Source: Eimeria praecox
Lineage: Eukaryota
Reading direction: 5' to 3'
NCBI GenBank assembly: GCA_963920595.1
Contig: OY986948.1
Span: 5,208,001 to 5,272,000 of the forward strand
Length of the DNA: 64,000 nucleotides
Below the pieces are notes generated by a model. The model was given only the letters and a program-made list of their open reading frames with translations, made no database searches and was not told the origin of the DNA. The first letter of the stretch is position 1, and each line of letters opens with the position of its first letter. Made by a program: the position numbers and the translations under genes. Positions 12,901 through 24,400 of this stretch are shown here, one piece after another.

Positions 12901-15268
12901 GTTTTATTTATTCATGGAGAGGGAGTATTTGCAGTTAGTTGGCTTGCGCATGGATTTGAGAGCCGCAAGGTGATGGAGAATGGGGTGGGATATACTACTC
13001 AGAAAACCCTCTAAAGGATGCTGCTAGAGGAAGGCAACAACTCAGGAGAAATTAGCAGGTTAAATGTGGGATTTAGCAATTGTTGCAAATTGAATATTCG
13101 GCACTGTGGCAGCTAGCATGTAGAAGTGCTTTGGACTGAGGGGCCTATGTGCCTGCTGGCATGAGGAGTGGCTTGGTTGGGTAAAGGCAGTCCAGGTTTA
13201 TATTTTATGAGCACGCAGTTTTTGGTCTCTTTCTGGGTTTCAACGGTGGGTACATATTGCTTCAGTTCCATTCTATCACCTCCACGAAGCACGAGCAACT
13301 GTAAAGCGCCTTGTGTCATCATTGCAGTGCTGGAGCTTCCACGAATCGCCGACGCGCCTTTTCCGCTTATAATGCCTACGATTACCAGCCGTGTAAAGCC
13401 ATGCAAGATGCTCCTCTATCAGCAATTATGCAGGCACTAGTAGGGAATACATCATGCTTTGCCACGAATAGAGGACGCAAATGCTGTTGCGTGCAGAAAA
13501 AGCCTTAGTGAGACTTAGGGCGAGATGCCAGTGGGCTTCGCAGTGCCTTGGCTCGGCAAAATGCACCCATGCAAGCCGTAACGTCGACGAGGTCCTGGGA
13601 AGGTTGTGCCAAAGCATTTAACACCCACACCAAGCATACGCACAACGTAAAGGCTGTTCGGCGTGCTCAGAGGTTCACCAATTATTGTAGGAAGGCTTAT
13701 CAACTTGTGTCCTGGGAGTTCCCGACAAAGAGGTTGAATCATGTTTGGCCAATACATTAGATGCCCATTGGATCATTCAACTTCAAACAGGTTTATGCAG
13801 CTGTCTAGTGGTTTCTGTTTAGAGCTATGGCGCGTGGATCACGCGACAAAGGAGGTTCAGGCGATGGAGAGCGCTGCTGTAGTTACTTTGAAAGACGGCG
13901 TTTCCACAGCGAGTCTTCACTGTTGGTCGCCGCAGGAGATAGGGTGACTGAGCAGGCAGGCGTTATGCTTGCAAAGAGTGATGCGTACAGAGAGTGTGTT
14001 TGCATCTACTGGGTGTCGACACTTCCTTTATGTTTTATTTATTCATGGAGAGGGAGTATTTGCAGTTAGTTGGCTTGCGCATGGATTTGAGAGCCGCAAG
14101 GTGATGGAGAATGGGGTGGGATATATACTCAGAAAACCCACTAAAGGATGCTGCTAGAGGAAGGCAACAACTCAGGAGAAATTAGCAGGTTAAATGTGGG
14201 ATTTAGCAATTGTTGCAAATTGAATATTCGGCACTGTGGCAGCTAGCATGTAGAAGTGCTTTGGACTGAGGGACCTATGTGCCTGCTGGCATGAGGAGTG
14301 GCTTGGTTGGGTAAAGGCAGTCCAGGTTTATATTTTATGAGCACGCAGTTTTTGGTCTCTTTCTGGGTTTCAACGGTGGGTACACATTGCTTCAGTTCCA
14401 TTCTATCACCTCCACGAAGCACGAGCAACTGTAAAGCGCCTTGTGTCATCATTGCAGTGCTGGAGCTTCCACGAATCGCTGACGCGCCTTTTCCGCTTAT
14501 AATGCCTACGATTACCAGCCGTGTAAAGCCATGCAAGATGCTCCTCTATCAGCAATTATGCAGGCACTAGTAGGGAATGCATCATGCTTTGCCACGAATA
14601 GAGGACGCAAATGCTGTTGCGTGCAGAAAAAGCCTTAGTGAGACTTAGGGCGAGATGCCAGTGGGCTTCGCAGCGCCTTGGCTCGGCAAAATGCACCCAT
14701 GCAAGCCGTAACGTCGACGAGGTCCTGGGATGGTTGTGCCAAAGCATTTAACACCCACACCAAGCATACGCACAACGTAAAGGCTGTTCGGCGTGCTCAG
14801 AGGTTCACCAATTATTGTAGGAAGGCTTATCAACTTGTGTCCTGGGAGTTCCCGACAAAGAGGTTGAATCATGTTTGGCCAATACATTAGATGCCCATTG
14901 GATCATTCAACTTCAAACAGGTTTATGCAGCTGTCTAGTGGTTTCTGTTTAGAGCTATGGCGCGTGGATCACGCGACAAAGGAGGTTCAGGCGGTGGAGA
15001 GCGCTGCTGTAGTTACTTTGAAAGACGGCGTTTCCACATCGAGTCTTGGCTGTTGGTTGCCGCAGGAGATAGGGTGACTGAGCAGGCAGGCGTTATGCTT
15101 GCAAAGAGTGATGCGTACAGAAAGTATGTTTGCATCTACTGGGTGTCGACACTTCCTTTATGTTTTGTTTATTCATGGAGAGGGAGTATTTGCAGTTAGT
15201 TGGCTTGCGCATGGATTTGAGAGCCGCAAGGTGATGGAGAATGGGGTGGGATATACTACTCAGAAAAC
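9969..15268 (+). repeat. Tandem array of a 1131-bp unit, ~4.7 copies
   Basis: TCCGCTTATAATGCCTACGATTACC starts units at 9969, 11100, 12231, 13362 and 14492. ORF offsets are 1131, 1131, 1131 and 1130 (1-bp deletion near 14123, TATATACTC vs TATACTACTC). The last copy is truncated after CAGAAAAC at ~15268. Confidence 0.98.
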
Positions 15269-15307
15269 GCACGAAAGGAGGCTGATACAAGCGTACAAGC
15301 ATACCGG

Positions 15308-15348
15308 CAGACAGACAGGCGGACAGACAGACAGACAGGCACAGCCAG
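15308..15348 (+). repeat. Imperfect (GACA)n microsatellite
   Basis: CAGACAGACAGGCGGACAGACAGACAGACAGGCACAGCCAG, read directly. Confidence 0.85.
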
Positions 15349-16189
15349 CTTAGTGATGGGAAGCCTGATCGCTTCGCTTCGGCATAAAGCCAAAGAGCTG
15401 GAGCAATGTTGTTTCCTTTAACCGTGTTCCAGCCTGCGGCATTATTGGTTGTCTTCCGCTTTGCACTTAGTACTTGAGTATCGATTGCCTTCTGAGAGGG
15501 TTCAAATGCTTTGTGTCCGCGCTATATGTAGGAAACGGGCTCGTGGGAAACGGGCTGCCAATTCGTCCGGAGACGTCGTGCACCACTTGTACGCTGCACA
15601 AGTCTTACAGGGTTGCAGGCACCCTCCAAAAGGAGTCTAAAGGAGAATACGTGAACGTGGCTCAGTTCGTGTGTTACAGCACTCTTCGAGTTTCTTCAGC
15701 GTTTCATGAGTATTTGATTGCACACCATTCAGCCTGCATACATCGGGCTAGAAAATCCCCCTTGTGGAAGGCGGGGAGGTTCTAGAACCCGTTTGTAGCA
15801 TCTGTGTACTTAGCTAGTACGGTCCCGGAGTCAAACCGCCAACACCCTCTTTGCAGACACTTTCACCGCAATATGAATTGGATGCACAGCCAAGCCATTG
15901 TATGAAGTTCATCAGAAGAGGCAAGCATTGTGGTGTGCAGCTGTCTGTATAGGGGTACTTTTTGTCTGAGCTGTTGTCTTTCGGAGCAAATGCCGGCATT
16001 GAGTCCGGTGAAGATGGAAATGGATATATGCATAGAAAGCAACGTTCACGCTGCTCTGCGTGTGTCAGAAGATGCGATGATTCGCTGGAGCTGGCTTGCA
16101 TGGTCTGTTGGGGGCTGTTTTTTCGCACCGGCACCTTGAGCTGCGTTCGCATTCAGGAGCGGAGACAGACATTGGTATCTTTGAGTACA

Positions 16190-17100
16190 GGAAAGAGCAT
16201 TTGCAGAGAGTGTGAATGCAGCAAAGTGCGCCCACTGTGCACGACGTATGGCAGTAGGCGTGGCGTTTAACAGAAGGTGCGCATAGTGGCATATGCTGAC
16301 TCTCTATGCGCTTCTGTGGCTTGAGCTGCGCAGGTATTGAAGAGCAGGGGGAAGTATTGGAGTCTTTGACTGTGGAGGCGGGCATGTGGACGGAGGGTAA
16401 GCAGTTTCACGGTGCATGGTGCGTAGCAGTAGGCGTGTGGTGTTTCACAGAAGGTGCGTACGGTGTATGCCGTGACCTGCTTATTAACCTATATGATTTG
16501 AGCTGTTGCACCTTGGAGCATGGACCAGCGTGGACCCAACGCAGTAGTAGGACAGATATTTGCCGTTAGAGCAGCAAAGGCTTTCACGGTCTCTGGTGTG
16601 TGGCAGTAGACGTGCTCCACAGATCAACGAAATGGTTTGGTGCGGCCTGTTGGTTCATACCTCTTTCGTGATGCTTTCTTGTTTGACGTAGAGACCCGCA
16701 TTGATTGCGCTACGTATGAGAAGCGACCCGCCGTGCAGCTCGCTTGCACAGCGAACTGTGCGGCGGGTTTGTGATAAATGGCCTGCGGGTGTCAGCATTT
16801 ACCGTTTTATGCATGAGGATGGATATTTGCTCAGAGAGCAGCAAGGGGAGCTCACGGCGTATGGTGGGTAGCAGTAGATGCGGTATTTCACAACAGGTGC
16901 TCATGAGAGCCCATGCTGACTGTCTGTGCACACCGATTATTTGGGCTGCGCTCGCATGCAGAAATAGAGCCAGTTATTGAAACTGTTATGCTTGGGCAGG
17001 TACACAAGCACTCGTGCGGGCAAGCTGCGTTTACGGTGTATGACTGGTGGCAGTCTACGTGATGTTCCGCAGAAGGCGCGTACAGTGTCTGTTGCTGCTT
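16190..17100 (+). repeat. Highly diverged ~177-bp tandem repeat (about 5 units)
   Basis: The motif (TT)CACGGYG.ATGG...GCAGTAGRCG...TTTCACAGAAGGTGCG recurs with its GCAGT core at 16251, 16426, 16603, 16871 and 17050 (spacings 175, 177, 268, 179). Confidence 0.75.
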
Positions 17101-17120
17101 CGCTGTGCACACCAATGGGT

Positions 17121-18479
17121 TTAGCCTTTGTGTGTGTTCTGGAGTATGGGGGGGGAAGGGAGGGCGTTTAGATCAACGACTAGAGCGTGAGAGGATATGA
17201 GGAATGGCAAGGATATGAATGGGGTGTTGGGAGGATGGGGAAGGAATCGTGGGCTGCGAGCGTAGGCGGAGTTGGTTTGCCGTTGTTTAATGTGGGTGCT
17301 CAGGAGCAGCAATTGCGTTTGCTGATGACCAGGAAGCAGGTTGTATCTGCTGTAGTGTTTGTTGGTTTTTGCAGGTGGGTACTATGGTGCGTGTGCTGGA
17401 TGTTTGCTGGGTGTTTGATGATTCAGGATTGGGTTGCGTTATGCCGGCTGGAGAGCACGGAGACGGTTCTGTTCAGGATACTAGATGCGGACACGCGATG
17501 CCCTGAGTAGAGTCGGGTATTGTTTGTGCTGCGGTGCATAGATGTTTGGGTGTTCGCTGCACTGGCGGGAGGAGGGAGGGCATGTAGGCCGACGACTAGA
17601 GAGTGCGAGGATAGGAGGAGTAGCAGCTATCGGAATGAGTTGATGGGAGGATAGAGGAGGGGTCTTGGACTGTGAAGGTTGGCGCATTTGGTTTGCCGTT
17701 GTTTGAGTTAGATGCGAAGCCGCAGCCAGTGGGTTTGCTGATGAGGAGGAAAGGAGTATGATGTATTTCCGGTAGATTGTGCTTTGATGGGTTTTGCAGG
17801 TGGATATGGTATGGGTGTTGGATATTGGCCGGGTGATGGATATTTTAGCGTAGGGCTGGCTTATGGCCGTTGTTGCTTCTGGAGTCGCCTGTGCCCGGAG
17901 CGTTGGATGCTGGTGTGCGAAGGGTTTGAGTGGAGTTGGGTAATGTTGGTGGTGGAGTATGTTGTTGTGCGTATGTTGGATGCAGTGTTGGGTGGAGGCA
18001 GGGGGTGTCGGTCCAAGACTAGTGTGTCAGGGGGTAAGAAGCAAAGGCAGCGATTTGAATGGTGTGTTGTTTTTCTTGGCAAGGGTTTGCCGACAGTGAG
18101 GGTTTGCGCAGCTGGTTTGTGGTTGTTTGAGGTGGATGTTCAGACGGAGCCGGTGCGTTTGCTTCTGAGCAAGGAATAGTGTGTATTTGTGGTAGTTTGC
18201 GTTAGTAGTTTTTTGTCGGTGGATATGGTGTGGGTGTTTGGTGCTGGCAGGGTATTGGATGCTTTAGGATTGTGTTGCGTTATGGCGCCTGCAGAGCAGG
18301 GAGTTTCTTGTTTGTCGAGTGGTCTAAGCGGATGTGCGTTGGGTTGAGAGAGGTTGGTATTGGCGGTGGCGTATAATGCTGTTGTGTATGTGTTAGATGC
18401 AGTGTTTGGGGCAGGGAGGTCATGTCGGTAGAAGACTAGAGTGTCAGAGGCTATGAGGAGCTTGTGGAGCAATTTGAAT
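17121..18479 (+). repeat. Degenerate edge monomers (about 3) of the 421-bp satellite
   Basis: Landmarks of the monomer recur roughly in register: (GAC)TAGAG-like at 17181, 17597, ~18020 and 18437 versus 18861 in the homogeneous array. GCCGTTGTTT..CAGGAGCAGCAA is at 17279-17312. Similarity to the consensus rises to the right. Confidence 0.9.
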
Positions 18480-21400
18480 GAGTTGTTGTTTGGATGGGCG
18501 AGGGGTTGTGGACAGTGAAGGTTGGAGAAGTTGTTATGTCGTTGTTTGAGGTGTGTGTTCAGGGGCAGCAAGTGGGTTTGGTGATGAGCAAGGACTAGGA
18601 TGCATTCCGGGTGGTTTGTGTTTGATAGTTTGTGTATGGTGGGGGTGTTGGAAGTTGGGTGGATGTTTGCTGGATGTTGGAAGCTTTAGGACTGTGTTGC
18701 GTTATGTCAGCTCTAGCACATGGATTGGTTTGTGGCTGGAGCGGTGGGTGCTGGTGTGGGAAGGGTTTGAGTGGAGTTGGGTATTGGTGGTGGCGAATAA
18801 TGTTGTATTGTATGCGTTGGATGCAGTGTGGGGAGGCTTGAGGGCGTGTAGGGTGAAGAGTAGAGCGTGATAGTATATGATGAGTGTCAGTGATTTGATT
18901 GCGCTGTTGTTTGGATGGGGAATGGGCTGGGGACAGTGAGGGTTGGAGAAGTTGTTATGCCGTTGTTTGAGGTGTGTGTTCAGCAGCAGCAAGTGGGTTT
19001 GGTGATGAGCAAGGACTAGGATACATTCCGGGTGGTTTGTGTTTGATGGTTTGTGTCTGGTGGGGATGTTGGAAGTTGGGTGGATGTTTGCTGGATGTTG
19101 GAAGCTTTAGGACTGTGTTGCGTTATGTCAGCTCTAGCACATGGATTGGTTTGTGGCTGGAGCGGTGGGTTCTGGTGTGGGAAGGGTTTGAGTGGAGTTG
19201 GGTATTGGTGGTGGCGAATAATGTTGTATTGTATGCGTTGGATGCAGTGTGGGAAGGCTTGAGGGCGTGTAGGGTGAAGAGTAGAGCGTGATAGTATATG
19301 ATGAGTGTCAGTGATTTGATTGCGCTGTTGTTTGGATGGGGAATGGGCTGGGGACAGTGAGGGTTGGAGAAGTTGTTATGCCGTTGTTTGAGGTGTGTGT
19401 TCAGCAGCAGCAAGTGGGTTTGGTGATGAGCAAGGACTAGGATACATTCCGGGTGGTTTGTGTTTGATGGTTTGTGTCTGGTGGGGATGTTGGAAGTTGG
19501 GTGGATGTTTGCTGGGTGTTGGATGGTTTAGATTTGTGTTGCGTTATGTCAGCTCTAGCACATGGATTGGTTTGTGGCTGGAGGGGTGGGTGCTGGTGTG
19601 GGAAGGGTTTGAGTGGAGTTGGGTATTGGTGGTGGCGAATAATGTTGTATTGTATGCGTTGGATGCAGGGTGGGAAGGCTTGAGGGCGTGTAGGGTGAAG
19701 AGTAGAGCGTGATAGTATATGATGAGTGTCAGTGATTTGATTGCGCTGTTGTTTGGATGGGGAATGGGCTGGGGACAGTGAGGGTTGGAGAAGTTGTTAT
19801 GTCGTTGTTTGAGGTGTGTGTTCAGGGGCAGCAAGTGGGTTTGGTGATGAGCAGGGACTAGGATACATTCCGGGTGGTTTGTGTTTGATGGTTTGTGTCT
19901 GGTGGGGATGTTGGAAGTTGGGTGGATGTTTGCTGGGTGTTGGATGGTTTAGATTTGTGTTGCGTTATGTCAGCTCTAGCACATGGATTGGTTTGTGGCT
20001 GGAGGGGTGGGTGCTGGTGTGGGAAGTGTTTGAGTGGAGTTGGGTATTGGTGGTGGCGAATAATGTTGTATTGTATGCGTTGGATGCAGTGTGGGAAGGC
20101 TTGAGGGCGTGTAGGGTGAAGAGTAGAGCGTGATAGTATATGATGAGTGTCAGTGATTTGATTGCGCTGTTGTTTGGATGGGGAATGGGCTGGGGACAGT
20201 GAGGGTTGGAGAAGTTGTTATGTCGTTGTTTGAGGTGTGTGTTCAGGGGCAGCAAGTGGGTTTGGTGATGAGCAGGGACTAGGATACATTCCGGGTGGTT
20301 TGTGTTTGATGGTTTGTGTCTGGTGGGGATGTTGGAAGTTGGGTGGATGTTTGCTGGGTGTTGGATGGTTTAGATTTGTGTTGCGTTATGTCAGCTCTAG
20401 CACATGGGGTGGCTTGTGGCTGGAGGGGTGGGTGCTGGTGTGGGAAGGGTTTGAGTGGAGTTGGGTATTGGTGGTGGCGAATAATGTTGTATTGTATGCG
20501 TTGGATGCAGTGTGGGAAGGCTTGAGGGCGTGTAGGGTGAAGAGTAGAGCGTGATAGTATATGATGAGTGTCAGTGATTTGATTGCGCTGTTGTTTGGAT
20601 GGGGAATGGGCTGGGGGCAGTGAGGGTTGGAGAAGTTGTTATGCCGTTGTTTGAGGTGTGTGTTCAGGGGCAGCAAGTGGGTTTGGTGATGAGCAAGGAC
20701 TAGGATACATTCCGGGTGGTTTGTGTTTGATGGTTTGTGTATGGTGGGGATGTTGGAAGTTGGGTGGATGTTTGCTGGATGTTGGAAGCTTTAGGACTGT
20801 GTTGCGTTATGTCAGCTCTAGCGCATGGATTGGTTTGTGGCTGGAGCGGTGGGTTCTGGTGTGGGAAGTGTTTGAGTGGAGTTGGGTATTGGTGGTGGCG
20901 AATAATGTTGTAGTGTATGCGTTGGATGCAGTTTAGGGAGGCTTGAGGGCGTGTAGGGTGAAGAGTAGAGCGTGAGAGTATATGATGAGTGTCAGTGATT
21001 TGATTGCGCTGTTGTTTGGATGGGGAATAGGCTGGGGACAGTGAGGGTTGGAGAAGTTGTTATGTCGTTGTTTGAGGTGTGTGTTCAGGAGCAGCAAGTG
21101 GGTTTGGTGATGAGCAGGGACTAGGATACATTCCGGGTGGTTTGTGTTTGATGGTTTGTGTCTGGTGGGGATGTTGGAAGTTGGGTGGATGTTTGCTGGG
21201 TGTTGGATGGTTTAGATTTGTGTTGCGTTATGTCAGCTCTAGCACATGGATTGGTTTGTGGCTGGAGCGGTGGGTTCTGGTGTGGGAAGTGTTTGAGTGG
21301 AGTTGGGTATTGGTGGTGGCGAATAATGTTGTATTGTATGCGTTGGATGTAGTGTGGGGAGGCTTGGGGGCGTGTAGGGTGAAGAGTAGAGCGTGAGAGT

Positions 21401-24400
21401 ATATGATGAGTGTCAGTGATTTGATTGCGCTGTTGTTTGGATGGGGAATGGGCTGGGGACAGTGAGGGTTGGAGAAGTTGTTATGTCGTTGTTTGAGGTG
21501 TGTGTTCAGGGGCAGCAAGTGGGTTTGGTGATGAGCAAGGACTAGGATACATTCCGGGTGGTTTGTGTTTGATGGTTTGTGTATGGTGGGGGATGTTTGA
21601 AGTTGGGTGGATGTTTGCTGGGTGTTGGATGGTTTAGATTTGTGTAGCGTTATGTCAGCTCTAGCACATGGATTGGTTTGTGGCTGGAGCGGTGGGTTCT
21701 GGTGTGGGAAGTGTTTGAGTGGAGTTGGGTATTGGTGGTGGCGAATAATGTTGTATTGTATGCGTTGGATGCAGTTTGGGGAGGCTTGAGGGCGTGTAGG
21801 GTGAAGAGTAGAGCGTGATAGTATATGATGAGTGTCAGTGATTTGATTGCGCTGTTGTTTGGATGGGGAATGGGCTGGGGACAGTGAGGGTTGGAGAAGT
21901 TGTTATGTCGTTGTTTGAGGTGTGTGTTCAGGGGCAGCAAGTGGGTTTGGTGATGAGCAGGGACTAGGATACATTCCGGGTGGTTTGTGTTTGATGGTTT
22001 GTGTCTGGTGGGGATGTTGGAAGTTGGGTGGACGTTTGCTGGGTGTTGGATGGTTTAGATTTGTGTTGCGTTATGTCAGCTCTAGCGCATGGATTGGTTT
22101 GTGGCTAGAGCGATGGATGCTGGTGTGGGAAGTGTTTGAGTGGAGTTGGGTATTGGTGGTGGCGAATAATGCGGTTGTGTATGCGTTGGATGCAGTTTGG
22201 GGAGGCTTGAGGGCGTGTAGGGTGAAGAGTAGAGCGTGATAGTATATGATGAGTGTCAGTGATTTGATTGTGCTGTTGTTTGGATGGGCGAGGGGCTGCG
22301 GACAGCGAGGGTTGGAGAAGTTGTTATGTCGTTGTTTGAGGTGTGTGTTCAGGAGCAGCAAGTGGGTTTGGTGATGAGCAGGGACTAGGATACATTCCGG
22401 GTGGTTTGTGTTTGATGGTTTGTGTCTGGTGGGGATGTTGGAAGTTGGGTGGATGTTTGCTGGATGTTGGAAGCTTTAGGACTGTGTTGCGTTATGTCAG
22501 CTCTAGCACATGGATTGGTTTGTGGCTGGAGCGGTGGGTTCTGGTGTGGGAAGTGTTTGAGTGGAGTTGGGTATTGGTGGTGGCGAATAATGTTGTATTG
22601 TATGCGTTGGATGCAGGGTGGGGAGGCTTGAGGGCGTGTAGGGTGAAGAGTAGAGCGTGAGAGTATATGATGAGTGTCAGTGATTTGATTGTGCTGTTGT
22701 TTGGATGGGGAATGGGCTGGGAACAGTGAGGGTTGGAGAAGTTGTTATGCCGTTGTTTGAGGTGTGTGTTCAGGAGCAGCAAGTGGGTTTGGTGATGAGC
22801 AAGGACTAGGATACATTCCGGGTGGTTTGTGTTTGATGGTTTGTGTATGGTGGGGGTGTTGGAAGTTGGGTGGATGTTTGCTGGATGTTGGAAGCTTTAG
22901 GACTGTGTTGCGTTATGTCAGCTCTAGCACATGGATTGGTTTGTGGCTGGAGCGGTGGGTTCTGGTGTGGGAAGGGTTTGAGTGGAGTTGGGTATTGGTG
23001 GTGGCGAATAATGTTGTAGTGTATGCGTTGGATGTAGTGTGGGGAGGCTTGAGGGCGTGTAGGGTGAAGAGTAGAGCGTGATAGTATATGATGAGTGTCA
23101 GTGATTTGATTGTGCTGTTGTTTGGATGGGGAATGGGCTGGGGACAGTGAGGGTTGGAGAAGTTGTTATGTCGTTGTTTGAGGTGTGTGTTCAGGAGCAG
23201 CAAGTGGGTTTGGTGATGAGCAAGGACTAGGATACATACCGGGTGGTTTGTGTTTGATGGTTTGTGTATGGTGGGGATGTTTGAAGTTGGGTGGATGTTT
23301 GCTGGGTGTTAGATGTTTTAGATGTGTGTTGCGTTATGTCAGCTCTAGCACATGGATTGGTTTGTGGCTGGAGCGGTGGGTTCTGGTGTGGGAAGTGTTT
23401 GAGTGGAGTTGGGTATTGGTGGTGGCGAATAATGTTGTATTGTATGCGTTGGATGCAGTGTGGGAAGGCTTGAGGGCGTGTAGGGTGAAGAGTAGAGCGT
23501 GATAGTATATGATGAGTGTCAGTGATTTGATTGCGCTGTTGTTTGGATGGGGAATGGGCTGGGGAAAGTGTTTGTTGGAGAAGTTGTTATGTCGTTGTTT
23601 GAGGTGTGTGTTCAGGGGCAGCAAGTGGGTTTGGTGATGAGCAGGGACTAGGATACATTCCGGGTGGTTTGTGTTTGATGGTTTGTGTCTGGTGGGGATG
23701 TTGGAAGTTGGGTGGACGTTTGCTGGGTGTTGGATGGTTTAGATTTGTGTTGCGTTATGTCAGCTCTAGCGCATGGATTGGTTTGTGGCTAGAGCGGTGG
23801 GTTCTGGTGTGGGAAGTGTTTGAGTGGAGTTGGGTATTGGTGGTGGCGAATAATGTTGTATTGTATGCGTTGGATGCAGTGTGGGAAGGCTTGAGGGCGT
23901 GTAGGGTGAAGAGTAGAGCGTGATAGTATATGATGAGTGTCAGTGATTTGATTGCGCTGTTGTTTGGATGGGGAATGGGCTGGGGACAGTGAGGGTTGGA
24001 GAAGTTGTTATGCCGTTGTTTGAGGTGTGTGTTCAGGAGCAGCAAGTGGGTTTGGTGATGAGCAAGGACTAGGATACATTCCGGGTGGTTTGTGTTTGAT
24101 GGTTTGTGTCTGGTGGGGATGTTGGAAGTTGGGTGGATGTTTGCTGGGTGTTGGATGGTTTAGATTTGTGTTGCGTTATGTCAGCTCTAGCACATGGATT
24201 GGTTTGTGGCTGGAGCGGTGGGTTCTGGTGTGGGAAGTGTTTGAGTGGAGTTGGGTATTGGTGGTGGCGAATAATGTTGTTGTGTATGCGTTGGATGTAG
24301 TGTGGGGAGGCTTGGGGGCGTGTAGGGTGAAGAGTAGAGCGTGAGAGTATATGATGAGTGTCAGTGATTTGATTGCGCTGTTGTTTGGATGGGGAATGGG

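Noticed and set aside
9969..15268. 5S rRNA, snRNA, tRNA or protein-coding tandem gene cluster in the 1131-bp unit
   Set aside because: GCCTACGATTACC only vaguely recalls a 5S 5' end, and I found no internal 5S or tRNA boxes or cloverleaf. The ORFs are short (under 100 aa), overlap on both strands and are unrecognisable.
20932..20938. TTTAGGG telomere-type heptamer
   Set aside because: A single copy created by point variants in one monomer. There is no tandem telomeric tract in the window.
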